A DNA stretch of 45,492 nucleotides from a bacterium. Its GTDB lineage: Bacteria > Patescibacteriota > Patescibacteriia > UBA2591 > MWDC01. The stretch is from assembly GCA_021158435.1 (NCBI GenBank), contig JAGGUQ010000010.1:1-45492 (forward strand), written 5' to 3'. Shown here piece by piece: positions 8,329 through 18,778 of this stretch. The notes beneath the pieces are model-generated. The model was not told where the DNA came from, did no database searches, and saw only the letters and a program-made list of their open reading frames with translations. Both the position numbers and the translations under genes were made by a program. Position 1 is the stretch's first letter. The number at the start of each line of letters is the position of its first letter.

Positions 8329-9642
8329 ATGAGTAGAAAAACTATCAAAATATCTTCAGACAATCCAAGAGTAGAAAAAAAAGTAAAAATTAAAGCCTCA
8401 AAAAGGACTAAAGCAAAAAATTTAAAAAGAACAAAAACAAGAAGTAAAAAAAAGGCATTAAAGGAAACAAAAAATACTAAAAGTGGCAAAGAAGTAAAGA
8501 ATTTTGGGTTGAAAATAAAGGTAATTGGTGTAGGTGGCGCTGGAGGAAATATCTTAACTCGTCTTAAGAAAAAAAGGACGAGTGGTTTGGAATACATAGC
8601 AGTTAATACTGATAAACAAGATTTAAAGTCTTTACCTCGTTCCATAAAAAAAATAGTAATTGGCAAGAGCGTAACAAAAGGATTAGGAGCAGGAATGAAT
8701 CCTGCTTTAGGGAGAGCTTCAGCTGAAACAGATAAAGATTTGTTGGCAGATGTAATAAAAGGGGCGGATATTCTTTTTCTTATTGCTGGTTTTGGAGGAG
8801 GGACTGGCACAGGAGCTACCCCAGTAATTGCTGAAATAGCTAGGCAATTAGGTATTTTAACAGTTGTTTTGCTAACTAAACCTTTTAGTTTTGAGGGTAA
8901 AGAAAGGAGTTTAATTGCTGAAAATGGGTTAAAAGAGGTAGTAAATTCAGCTGATACTGTTATAGCTATTTCTAATGATCAACTATTTAAAAACTTACCT
9001 GCTGGAGTTTCCTTAATTAAAGGATTTGAATTAGCTGATAGTGTTTTTACTAACGGTATTTTAGGTGTATTTGAATCGCTAATTCAACCTGGATTAATTA
9101 ATTTAGATTTTGCTGATTTAAGAGCAATTTTGGAAAAAGGAGGTCCAGGAATTTTAAGTGTTGGAATAGGAGAGGGAGATAATAGGAAGGAAAAGGCTTT
9201 GAAAAGTTTAATGAAAGGCATCCCTCCAGAATTTTCTCTTTCAAATAGCAAAAAGATATTTTATTTGATTAGTCATGGTCCTGATATTAGTTTTGATGAA
9301 ATTAAAGAAGTAATAGAAAAGATAAGCCAGGAGGTTAACCCTGAAGCAAAAGTTATTTTTGGACTTTGTGTTGATAATTCTTTATCTTCAAAAATTAAAG
9401 TTGTTTTAATTGCCACTTCATTTGAAGGAAGTAATAATTTCCAGTTCTCTTCAGCTAGGATCTCATCCTTTTCATTAACTAAGAATGAGAAACAAGAATT
9501 TTTAGATAGTAAAACTAAAGACAAAGAAAAACCAGTAGCTAATCAAGATAAAAGAAATAAAGAGGAGGAAAAAGAGTCTTTTTATAGCAGTGAATTAGAT
9601 ATTCCTGCTTTTATTCGTCGTCGTTTGCATAAACAAAGATAA
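8329..9642 (+). CDS. ftsZ: Cell division protein FtsZ with a basic N-terminal extension
   Basis: VIGVGGAGGN, GLGAGMNP, GGGTGTG, INLDFAD, C-terminal peptide LDIPAFIRR. Confidence 0.96.
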   Translation: MSRKTIKISSDNPRVEKKVKIKASKRTKAKNLKRTKTRSKKKALKETKNTKSGKEVKNFGLKIKVIGVGGAGGNILTRLKKKRTSGLEYIAVNTDKQDLKSLPRSIKKIVIGKSVTKGLGAGMNPALGRASAETDKDLLADVIKGADILFLIAGFGGGTGTGATPVIAEIARQLGILTVVLLTKPFSFEGKERSLIAENGLKEVVNSADTVIAISNDQLFKNLPAGVSLIKGFELADSVFTNGILGVFESLIQPGLINLDFADLRAILEKGGPGILSVGIGEGDNRKEKALKSLMKGIPPEFSLSNSKKIFYLISHGPDISFDEIKEVIEKISQEVNPEAKVIFGLCVDNSLSSKIKVVLIATSFEGSNNFQFSSARISSFSLTKNEKQEFLDSKTKDKEKPVANQDKRNKEEEKESFYSSELDIPAFIRRRLHKQR

Positions 9643-11652
<2,010 letters not shown>

Positions 11653-11672
11653 AGTAATATAATTTTTAAATT

Positions 11673-12605
11673 ATGTTTGATGTTGCTTGTATTGGCGGAA
11701 TAGTTCAGGATATTATTTTATTTACAGACAAAGAAAAAATAGTTAATTCTCATGATGTTTTAGCCAAACAACTTTTTTGTTTAGAATCAGGAGCAAAGTT
11801 TTATCTAAAAGAATGTTATTTTACCCCAGGCGGAGGAGCAGCGAATATTGCTGTAGGTTTGTCTCGCTTAGGCTTAAAAGCAACAATTGTGGGTAGAGTA
11901 GGTAATGATGAATTTGCTAAGGATATTTTGAAACAATTAAAAAAACAAAAGGTTGACTTAAGTTTTGTTCAAAAGGATGAAACTCAAAAAACAGGATTTT
12001 CTTTTATTTTAAGCTCAAAACAAACAGGAGAACAGATTATTTTTTCTTTTCGCGGGGCAAATAACAATTTAAAAGTTCCTTCTAAAGGAATAAAAGCAAA
12101 ATGGTTTGTTGTTTCTTCTTTAAGTTTTTCCAATTGGCAAAAAATTTTTAACTTTGTCCTTAGGCAAAAGAAACCTATTTTATGGAATCCAGGATTTGTT
12201 CAATTTAGTAGTGATTTACCTATTTTTTTGAAATTTATAGATAAGGTTCAAATTTTTGTTGTTAATGAAGATGAAGCCAGAGAAATAGTTTTTAGAACTA
12301 CTAAAAGAAAGAATTTTTCTATTAAGGAGGTTTTAAAAATAATTAATTCATTAGGCCCAAATATAGTCGTGATAACTCAAGGATGTAAAGGAGCTCGAGC
12401 TTTTGATGGGAGAAATTTTTATCATTGTCCAGCTAAAAAGATAAAAGTTGTTCAAAGTACAGGAGCAGGGGATGCTTTTATTAGCGGTTTTCTTGCAGAA
12501 TATATTAAAAAGGCTTGTATTTATGGAGCTTTAGAAAAGGGGATTGTTAATAGTGGGGCTGTATTATCTAAAATAGGGGCTCAAAATGGCTTATTAAAAA
12601 AATAA
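11673..12605 (+). CDS. PfkB/ribokinase-family carbohydrate kinase
   Basis: GGGAANIAVGLSRLG, VNEDEA, STGAGDAF. Confidence 0.92.
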   Translation: MFDVACIGGIVQDIILFTDKEKIVNSHDVLAKQLFCLESGAKFYLKECYFTPGGGAANIAVGLSRLGLKATIVGRVGNDEFAKDILKQLKKQKVDLSFVQKDETQKTGFSFILSSKQTGEQIIFSFRGANNNLKVPSKGIKAKWFVVSSLSFSNWQKIFNFVLRQKKPILWNPGFVQFSSDLPIFLKFIDKVQIFVVNEDEAREIVFRTTKRKNFSIKEVLKIINSLGPNIVVITQGCKGARAFDGRNFYHCPAKKIKVVQSTGAGDAFISGFLAEYIKKACIYGALEKGIVNSGAVLSKIGAQNGLLKK

Positions 12606-12609
12606 TTTT

Positions 12610-13200
12610 ATGGCTAAACAAATCAAATTTCCTGTAATAGTTGAAGTTTCAGCTCGCCATGTTCATCTGAAAAAGAGAGATTTAGAAAAACTTTTTGGTA
12701 AAGGATACAAGCTAAGGAAATTTAAATTTCTTTCTCAGCCTGGAGAATTTGCATCTAAAGAAACAGTAACCATTTACGGTGAAAAGGGCTTTTTTGAAGA
12801 AGTGAGAGTTATTGGTCCTGTTAGGGATTATACCCAAGTAGAAATTTCACAAACAGATGCATATTTTTTAGGGATAAAAGCTCCTTTTAGGCTTTCTGGT
12901 GATTTAAAGAATGCAGGCAAATGTGTAATTAAGGGCCCTAAAGGAAGTATTAGGGTTTCATCAGGGGTTATTATCCCTTTAAGACATTTACATTGTCCAG
13001 AATCTTTTGCCAGGAGATATAATTTAAAAAGGAAAAAATTTGTTAGTTTAGAAATAAAAAATAGTTTAAGGCCAGTGGTTTTTTATAAGGTTTATTTGAG
13101 GATTAGCCCGAACTATAAATTAGCTGTTCATCTGGATACAGATGAAGGCAATGCAGCTGGAATTAATAAAGCATCCAAGGGAATAGTTTGTCTTAATTAG
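12610..13200 (+). CDS. pduL: PduL-type phosphate acyltransferase (phosphotransacylase)
   Basis: VSARHVHL, SQPGEFA, TQVEISQTD, RLSGDL, RHLH, HLDTDEGNA. Confidence 0.93.
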   Translation: MAKQIKFPVIVEVSARHVHLKKRDLEKLFGKGYKLRKFKFLSQPGEFASKETVTIYGEKGFFEEVRVIGPVRDYTQVEISQTDAYFLGIKAPFRLSGDLKNAGKCVIKGPKGSIRVSSGVIIPLRHLHCPESFARRYNLKRKKFVSLEIKNSLRPVVFYKVYLRISPNYKLAVHLDTDEGNAAGINKASKGIVCLN

Positions 13201-13285
13201 TTTGTTTTTAAAAACCAGGCATAATAAATTTTAGGGATTAAAAGCCAGGCAGTAAGTTTTAGAGCCTGGTTTATTTTAGTTGATC

Positions 13286-13336
13286 CCAGAGGTAGACTTC
13301 TTAATCCCGGAGGCAGTCTCCGGAGGCAGACTCCGG
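13286..13336. repeat. GC-rich palindromic 13-nt repeats (CCGGAGGCAGWCT)
   Basis: ccagaggtagact at 13286, ccggaggcagtct at 13307, ccggaggcagact-ccgg at 13320; CCGGAG/CTCCGG hairpins. Confidence 0.75.
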
Positions 13337-13358
13337 CAACTCTTTGGCAAAATTAATA

Positions 13359-13432
13359 TCGGGATGGTGGGATTTGCACCCACGATCTCCACGTCCCGAA
13401 CGTGGCGCATTAGGCTGCTATGCTACATCCCG
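13359..13432 (-). tRNA. tRNA-Pro(CGG), CCA not encoded
   Basis: Acceptor CGGGATG/CATCCCG plus A73; D stem GCAT/ATGC; anticodon arm CCACG-TTCGGGA-CGTGG; T arm GTGGG-TGCAAAT-CCCAC. Confidence 0.95.
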
Positions 13433-13441
13433 TTAATATTT

Positions 13442-13469
13442 ATTATATTATTTCAATTCTTAAGGTCAA
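13442..13469 (-). promoter_or_regulatory. Putative tRNA promoter (TTGACC-N16-TATAAT)
   Basis: Reverse-strand hexamers ending about 10 nt before the tRNA 5' end. Confidence 0.75.
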
Positions 13470-13478
13470 TTTGTTTAT

Positions 13479-13506
13479 TTTCATTTTGATTTTTTTGTGA
13501 TAGAAT
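13479..13506 (+). promoter_or_regulatory. Putative extended -10 promoter for ychF (TTTCAT-N16-TAGAAT)
   Basis: TGATAGAAT at 13498-13506. Confidence 0.5.
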
Positions 13507-13547
13507 ATTACTATAAAAATTTAACTACATTTCTAATTTTTTTTAAT

Positions 13548-14618
13548 ATGTCTGTCCGCATTGGGATTGTTGGTTTGCCTAATGTTGGTAAATCAACTTT
13601 GTTTCAACTAATTACCAAAAAGCAAGTGGATATAGCTAATTATCCTTTTTGTACAATTGATCCTAATGTTGGGGTTGTTGAGGTTATGGATGAGCGGGTT
13701 GATAAAATAGCTCAAATAGAAAATTCAAAAAGGAAGGTTTATTCAACAATAGAATTTTATGATATTGCTGGATTGGTTAAAGGAGCTAGCCAGGGGCAGG
13801 GATTAGGCAATCAATTCCTTTCTCATATTCGTGAAACTGACGCAATCTTATATGTATTAAGGGCTTTTTTGAGTGGTAGAATAGTTAACGTGCAATCAAG
13901 AGTAGACCCAATTGCTGAAAAAGAAATTCTTGAAACAGAACTAATCCTCAAAGATTTGGAGACAATAGAAAAAAGAGTAGAAAAATTAAAAAAAACAGTT
14001 CAGATAAAAGAAAACAAAGAAGAGAAAAAAGAGTTGAACATTCTTTTAAGGATTAGAGATTCTTTAGAAAAAGGAATAATTTTAAAACAAAGTGATTTTG
14101 ACGAACAAGAACAAAAAATAGTTAAGAGCTTTCAATTTTTGACAACTAAGCCAAGATTCTTTTTATTAAACGGTAAACAAGAGGAAATTTCTCCAGAGGT
14201 TATTGAGGAGTTTAAAAAAATGAAGGAGGACTTTTTAATTATGGATGTTTTAAGTGAATTTGAGTTAAGCAGTTTGAATTCTGAGGAACGCGAAGAGTTG
14301 TGTTTAAAAAGTGAAAGCAGCATAGATATTTTAATAAAAAAGGCTTTTAATGTTTTAGATTTGATAACTTTTCTTACTACTGGTCCAGATGAATCTAGAG
14401 CTTGGGCAATTAAAAGAGGAACGAAAATTCCTCAAGCAGGAGGGATTATTCATAGTGATTTTGAGAAGTATTTTATTAAGGCAGAGGTTATTAGTTTTGA
14501 AGATTTATTACAAGCAGGAGGGTATTCTGAGGCAAGAGAAAAGGGTTTAGTAAAAATAGTTGGTAAGGATTATGTAGTTCAGGATGGAGATGTTATTGAA
14601 ATAAAACACAGCGCTTAA
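13548..14618 (+). CDS. ychF: Ribosome-binding ATPase YchF (Obg family)
   Basis: GIVGLPNVGKST, ANYPFCTIDPN, DIAGLVKGA, IHSDFEK, YVVQDGD; start moved from 13497 to ATG 13548. Confidence 0.97.
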   Translation: MSVRIGIVGLPNVGKSTLFQLITKKQVDIANYPFCTIDPNVGVVEVMDERVDKIAQIENSKRKVYSTIEFYDIAGLVKGASQGQGLGNQFLSHIRETDAILYVLRAFLSGRIVNVQSRVDPIAEKEILETELILKDLETIEKRVEKLKKTVQIKENKEEKKELNILLRIRDSLEKGIILKQSDFDEQEQKIVKSFQFLTTKPRFFLLNGKQEEISPEVIEEFKKMKEDFLIMDVLSEFELSSLNSEEREELCLKSESSIDILIKKAFNVLDLITFLTTGPDESRAWAIKRGTKIPQAGGIIHSDFEKYFIKAEVISFEDLLQAGGYSEAREKGLVKIVGKDYVVQDGDVIEIKHSA

Positions 14619-14635
14619 TTAAAAGCTTATATTGT

Positions 14636-16831
14636 ATGAGGAAGGATTGGCAAAATTTATTATTAAAAATAATTTACTTTGGTAATATTTTAATTTTATT
14701 CCTGCCTCTTTTAGTCTTAAAAAAGACAATTTTCCCTTTTGTTTTTCCAAAAGTCATATTTTTTAGGATTATTGTAGAGATAATTTTTTTCCTTTGGTTG
14801 GGATTAGCTTTATTATATAATAAAGAATTCAGACCGAATTTAAGAAATCCTTTAGTTCTTAGTTTAAGTATTTTTATTTTTGCTCTTGTTCTTTCAGGAA
14901 TCTTTGGGTTAGATGTTTATCGCTCTTTTTTTTCCAATCAAGAAAGAATGACTGGAGTGATTACCTGGATTCATTTTTGGTTATGGTTCTTGGTTTTAAT
15001 TTCAGTAATTAAAACTCAGAAACAGATTAAATTTCTAATCTGGGCTAGTTTAGTAGTTTGTTTCTTAGTTGGGATTTATGGCTTGGGACAAAAATTAGGC
15101 CTTCAGTTTTTAATTAAGCAGGATCAGGCTCGCTTATGTTCTACTTTGGGAAATCCGATTTTTGTTGGGGCTTATGCCTTAATTAATTTTTTTCTTGCTT
15201 GTTTTATTTTTGTTGAAGAAAAAACTAAGTGGAGATTCTTGGCCTTATTTTTTGCGCTTTTTAGTTTTTTGATTATTCTTTTGTCTGCTTCACGGGGAGT
15301 AATCCTGTCTTTAATAATTGGTTTGATTTTGTGCTTAGGTTTATTGGTTTTTCAGATAAAAAACAGAAAAAAAAGAATTATTTTAGGATTGGTTTTTATT
15401 GGCGCAATTATTGTTTTAACTGCGGGAATTATTTTGATTCAAGGTAGGAATTTTGCCCATAGTCCTGTTTTTTTGCAGAGAATTTCTCATTTAATGGCTA
15501 GTGCCCAAGATAGATTAAATGCCTGGGAAATGGGTATTAATGGTTTTTTAGAAAGGCCTGTTTTAGGCTGGGGATGGGAGAATTACAATTTAATTTATAA
15601 TAAGTATTACAACCCTTCATATTTAAAAAAGGGCCTAGGTGCAACCTGGTTCGACCATTCTCACAATCAGTTAATAGATATTTTAAGCTTAAGTGGGATT
15701 ATTGGGTTTTTCTCTTATTTGCTTATTTTTCTTAGTGTTTTTTGGATTTGGAGGCAGAACAAAAATAAAAAAAGTATTAATTTCTTGCTTAGTTTAGTTG
15801 TTGCTTATTTTATTCAGAATATTTTTGTTTTTGATACACCAGCTCCTTTAATTGGCTTTTTCTTTAGTTTAGCTGTTTTTTATTTAGTCTCTGATAAAAA
15901 TAAAAGAGAGCAAGTAAGCAAAGTCCCTGTTGACAACAGAGAAACAAAGCAGATTAACCTTCCTTTACCTATTTTTGTTCTTTTTTCTTTAATTGTTTTA
16001 ATTTTCTGCTTGTGGAATTTTAACATTTTACCTTTGATAAAATCTTGTCAAGGCTATCAGGCAACGCAGATATCTAAAATTGATCTAGAAAGGGGATTGG
16101 CTTGGTTTTCTAAGTCATTAAATAGCACATCTTTTACTAATCCAGAAATAAGATGCCTTTTAAGCGAAGCTGTTTCTAAGAATATAAATCCGGAAAATAA
16201 AGATATTTATAATTCTGGTTTAAGTTTTGCTATTCAAGAAATGAAAAAGAATGTTGAAGAACATCCTTTAGATGCTCGTTATTGGCTTTATTTAGGAGAA
16301 CTATACGGATTGGCTGCATCTTTGGATAAAGAAAATCTCAGTTTAGCAGAAAGCAGTTTAAAAAAGGCATTAGAGCTTTCCCCACAAAGACAAGAAATAT
16401 ATTATGCTTTAAGCCGAATTAGCATTTTAAAAAAAGATTTTGATAAAGCATTAGATTTAGCAAGAAAAGCTGTAATTTTACAAGGAGATATTGGTATGTC
16501 TTGGTGGAATTTAGGAATTATTTATCTGCTTTCTGGAAAAGAAGAAGAATCTGGAAAAATTTTTGAAAAAGCTGTTTGGGGCAAGCATTATTATGAGCCA
16601 GGCTATGATAAATATATAGCTCAGATTTATCAAAAAGCAGGAGATTATGGAAAAGCCCTTTATTTCTGTGATAAATTGTTTAAAAATTCTCCTGATGACG
16701 TTCAGGGACAGGTTTTTTGTGTTTTTCTTGCTAAACAAGGAGGGAACAGCGAAAAATTAAGTTCTTATTTATCAAAAATACAGGAGAAGCATGAAGATTT
16801 AGCAAGGCAACTAAAAGCACAAATCCAATGA
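14636..16831 (+). CDS. O-antigen ligase (Wzy_C)-like polytopic membrane protein with C-terminal TPRs; possible protein O-oligosaccharyltransferase
   Basis: Many TM segments; STLGNP, SRG, ERPVLGWGWEN, DHSHN motifs; TPR-like tail. Confidence 0.85.
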   Translation: MRKDWQNLLLKIIYFGNILILFLPLLVLKKTIFPFVFPKVIFFRIIVEIIFFLWLGLALLYNKEFRPNLRNPLVLSLSIFIFALVLSGIFGLDVYRSFFSNQERMTGVITWIHFWLWFLVLISVIKTQKQIKFLIWASLVVCFLVGIYGLGQKLGLQFLIKQDQARLCSTLGNPIFVGAYALINFFLACFIFVEEKTKWRFLALFFALFSFLIILLSASRGVILSLIIGLILCLGLLVFQIKNRKKRIILGLVFIGAIIVLTAGIILIQGRNFAHSPVFLQRISHLMASAQDRLNAWEMGINGFLERPVLGWGWENYNLIYNKYYNPSYLKKGLGATWFDHSHNQLIDILSLSGIIGFFSYLLIFLSVFWIWRQNKNKKSINFLLSLVVAYFIQNIFVFDTPAPLIGFFFSLAVFYLVSDKNKREQVSKVPVDNRETKQINLPLPIFVLFSLIVLIFCLWNFNILPLIKSCQGYQATQISKIDLERGLAWFSKSLNSTSFTNPEIRCLLSEAVSKNINPENKDIYNSGLSFAIQEMKKNVEEHPLDARYWLYLGELYGLAASLDKENLSLAESSLKKALELSPQRQEIYYALSRISILKKDFDKALDLARKAVILQGDIGMSWWNLGIIYLLSGKEEESGKIFEKAVWGKHYYEPGYDKYIAQIYQKAGDYGKALYFCDKLFKNSPDDVQGQVFCVFLAKQGGNSEKLSSYLSKIQEKHEDLARQLKAQIQ

Positions 16832-18021
16832 TGAAATCTGTTAAAATATTAAAAAATTTAAAAAATAAAAGAGCTTTAGTTAGGGTAGATTTTAATTTTA
16901 CTTTAAGAAATGGCCTGCCTTTAGATAGTTTTCGTTTAAAAGCAAGTTTGCCTACTTTAAAGTTGCTTGCCCAGAAAAAAGCGAAGGTTATTTTAATTAG
17001 TCATTTAGGAAAACCCGAAAAAGAAGGGGAAAAGAAGAAATTAAGTTTTAAAAATTTAATTTCATGGCTTGCCCGTCAGGATAAAATTTTGAAGAGCCTA
17101 CAATTTATTGAAAATCCTTTTTCAGAAAGGGCAATTTCTCAAATTCATCAAGCTAAATCAGGGAGTTTTTTCCTTTTGGAAAACATTCGTTTTTGGCCTG
17201 AAGAAAAGCAAAATAATTTTGCTTTTTCTAAAAAACTATCTAAATTAGGAGACATTTATGTTAATGAAGCTTTCTCAGTTTGCCACAGGAAGCATTCTTC
17301 TATAGTTGGTTTGCCAAAATTTTTGCCAAGTTATGCTGGAATTCGTTTGCAAGAAGAAATAACAACTTTAAGGAATGTTTTAGAAAAACCAAAACACCCC
17401 TTTGTTTTAATCTCTGGAGGAGCTAAAATTTCTACAAAAATAGAGCTATTAAGAGGCTTTAAAAGAATAGCTGACTTCATTTTTATTGGCGGGGGTATTG
17501 CTAATACATTTCTTTTTAACAAAGGAATTAATGTTGGCTCTTCTTTTAAGGAAGAAATTAGCTTAGATTCCAGTTTATTAAAACAGAAAAATATTATCAT
17601 ACCTTTTGATGTGGTTATTTTGCAAAAAGATAAAGTAAGAAATATAAAAGTAAAAGATGTTAATTCTTTAAAAGGAGATTTTAAAATTTTAGATATCGGC
17701 AAAGAAAGTGTAGATTTTATTGTAGAAGCTATTAAAAAAGCAAAGATGATTATTTGGAATGGCCCCTTAGGTTATTTTGAGAAAAAGCCTTTTGATAAAG
17801 GAACCAAAAAAATAATTCAAGCACTTTTGCAAACTAAATCGAAGGTTATTCTTGGAGGAGGGGAGACAATTGTTTGTTTTAATCAAGTTAGGGATAATTT
17901 AGTTAAAAATTTAGTTAAAGCAAATCCCAATATTTTTATTTCAACAGGCGGGGGAGCAATGTTAGAATTTCTTTCAGGGAAACGACTTTGTGGAGTTAAG
18001 GCTTTAGAAAATTCAAGATAA
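16828..18021 (+). CDS. pgk: Phosphoglycerate kinase
   Basis: RVDFN, SHLGKP, LLENIRF, GGAKISTK, WNGPLG, STGGGAMLEFL. Confidence 0.96.
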   Translation: MMKSVKILKNLKNKRALVRVDFNFTLRNGLPLDSFRLKASLPTLKLLAQKKAKVILISHLGKPEKEGEKKKLSFKNLISWLARQDKILKSLQFIENPFSERAISQIHQAKSGSFFLLENIRFWPEEKQNNFAFSKKLSKLGDIYVNEAFSVCHRKHSSIVGLPKFLPSYAGIRLQEEITTLRNVLEKPKHPFVLISGGAKISTKIELLRGFKRIADFIFIGGGIANTFLFNKGINVGSSFKEEISLDSSLLKQKNIIIPFDVVILQKDKVRNIKVKDVNSLKGDFKILDIGKESVDFIVEAIKKAKMIIWNGPLGYFEKKPFDKGTKKIIQALLQTKSKVILGGGETIVCFNQVRDNLVKNLVKANPNIFISTGGGAMLEFLSGKRLCGVKALENSR

Positions 18022-18047
18022 AATTTTTTAAACATTATATCCCTCCC

Positions 18048-18075
18048 TTGACTTAAAAATTAGATTTATTAAATT
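18048..18075 (+). promoter_or_regulatory. Putative promoter for hsp20 (TTGACT-N16-TAAATT)
   Basis: Hexamers at 18048-18053 and 18070-18075. Confidence 0.6.
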
Positions 18076-18120
18076 TATTTCCAAAGGTCGTTTTGACATA
18101 TTTTAAAATTTAAATTGCTT

Positions 18121-18579
18121 ATGTTGCCTATTACAAAATGGGAACCTTTTAAAGAAATAGAGAGATTTTTTGATGAGGACTTTTGGCCATCTTTACCCAA
18201 AATTAGTTGGGATTTAGCTACAGACGTTTACAGAAAGGGCGGGAAAGTTTTTGTTGAGGTTAATTTGCCTGGGGTAGATCCAAATAAAATAGATATTTCA
18301 ATAGAAGATAATTACCTTAAAGTAAAAGGGTCAAGGGAAGAGAAAAAAGAAACAAAAAAAGGGGATTATTACAGAAAAGAAATAAAAAGAGGTAGTTTTG
18401 AAAGGGTTGTCTTATTGCCAGTAGAAGTGAAAAAAGATAAGGCAAAGGCAGAGTATAAAGGCGGAGTATTAAAGGTGGTAATTCCTGAAAAAGCGCCAAA
18501 AATGGGAAAAACAAAGAAAGTGAAAGTAGAAGTAAAGGACGAGAAAGCAAAAAGTGTTGGGAGAAAAAGCAAGAAATAA
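18121..18579 (+). CDS. Hsp20/alpha-crystallin small heat shock protein
   Basis: WEPF, DVY, LPGVD..I.I, GSFERV..LP, AEYKGGVLKV.IP; ATG 18121 preferred over TTG 18115. Confidence 0.95.
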   Translation: MLPITKWEPFKEIERFFDEDFWPSLPKISWDLATDVYRKGGKVFVEVNLPGVDPNKIDISIEDNYLKVKGSREEKKETKKGDYYRKEIKRGSFERVVLLPVEVKKDKAKAEYKGGVLKVVIPEKAPKMGKTKKVKVEVKDEKAKSVGRKSKK

Positions 18580-18590
18580 TAGTTAGGGTA

Positions 18591-18619
18591 TTGACAAAAA
18601 AATTGATTTTTTGTATTTT
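18591..18619 (+). promoter_or_regulatory. Putative rplJ promoter (TTGACA-N17-TATTTT)
   Basis: Consensus -35 upstream of the L10 leader. Confidence 0.5.
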
Positions 18620-18651
18620 AGAATAAATAAAGTAAAGTTCTTATAAATTAA

Positions 18652-18766
18652 AACCAAAGAAAGCAGGGGGTTTAACCTTAAAAAACCTGCCGAGGTTATT
18701 TATGTATTTGTTTTAACTTTTTGTTTTAGTCAAATAAATATACCTGCTTTCTTTGGAAAGCAGGTA
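18652..18766 (+). ncRNA. Ribosomal protein L10 leader (autoregulatory cis-RNA)
   Basis: ACC-AAAGAAAGCAGG...TTAA...CCTGCCGAGGT matches the L10(L12)4-binding core; it sits upstream of rplJ with a downstream 11-bp hairpin. Confidence 0.85.
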
Positions 18767-18778
18767 AAATTTATTATT

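Noticed and set aside
7869-9524. Minus-strand ORFs 7869-8252, 8319-8810 and 9273-9524
   Set aside because: Antisense shadows of ftsA and ftsZ
13286-13336. Possible mini-CRISPR array
   Set aside because: Units are 13 nt with no unique spacers of 25-45 nt, and no cas genes are present
13280-13489. 69-aa ORF from the ORF track
   Set aside because: It is antisense to tRNA-Pro and spans the palindromic repeats; no protein features
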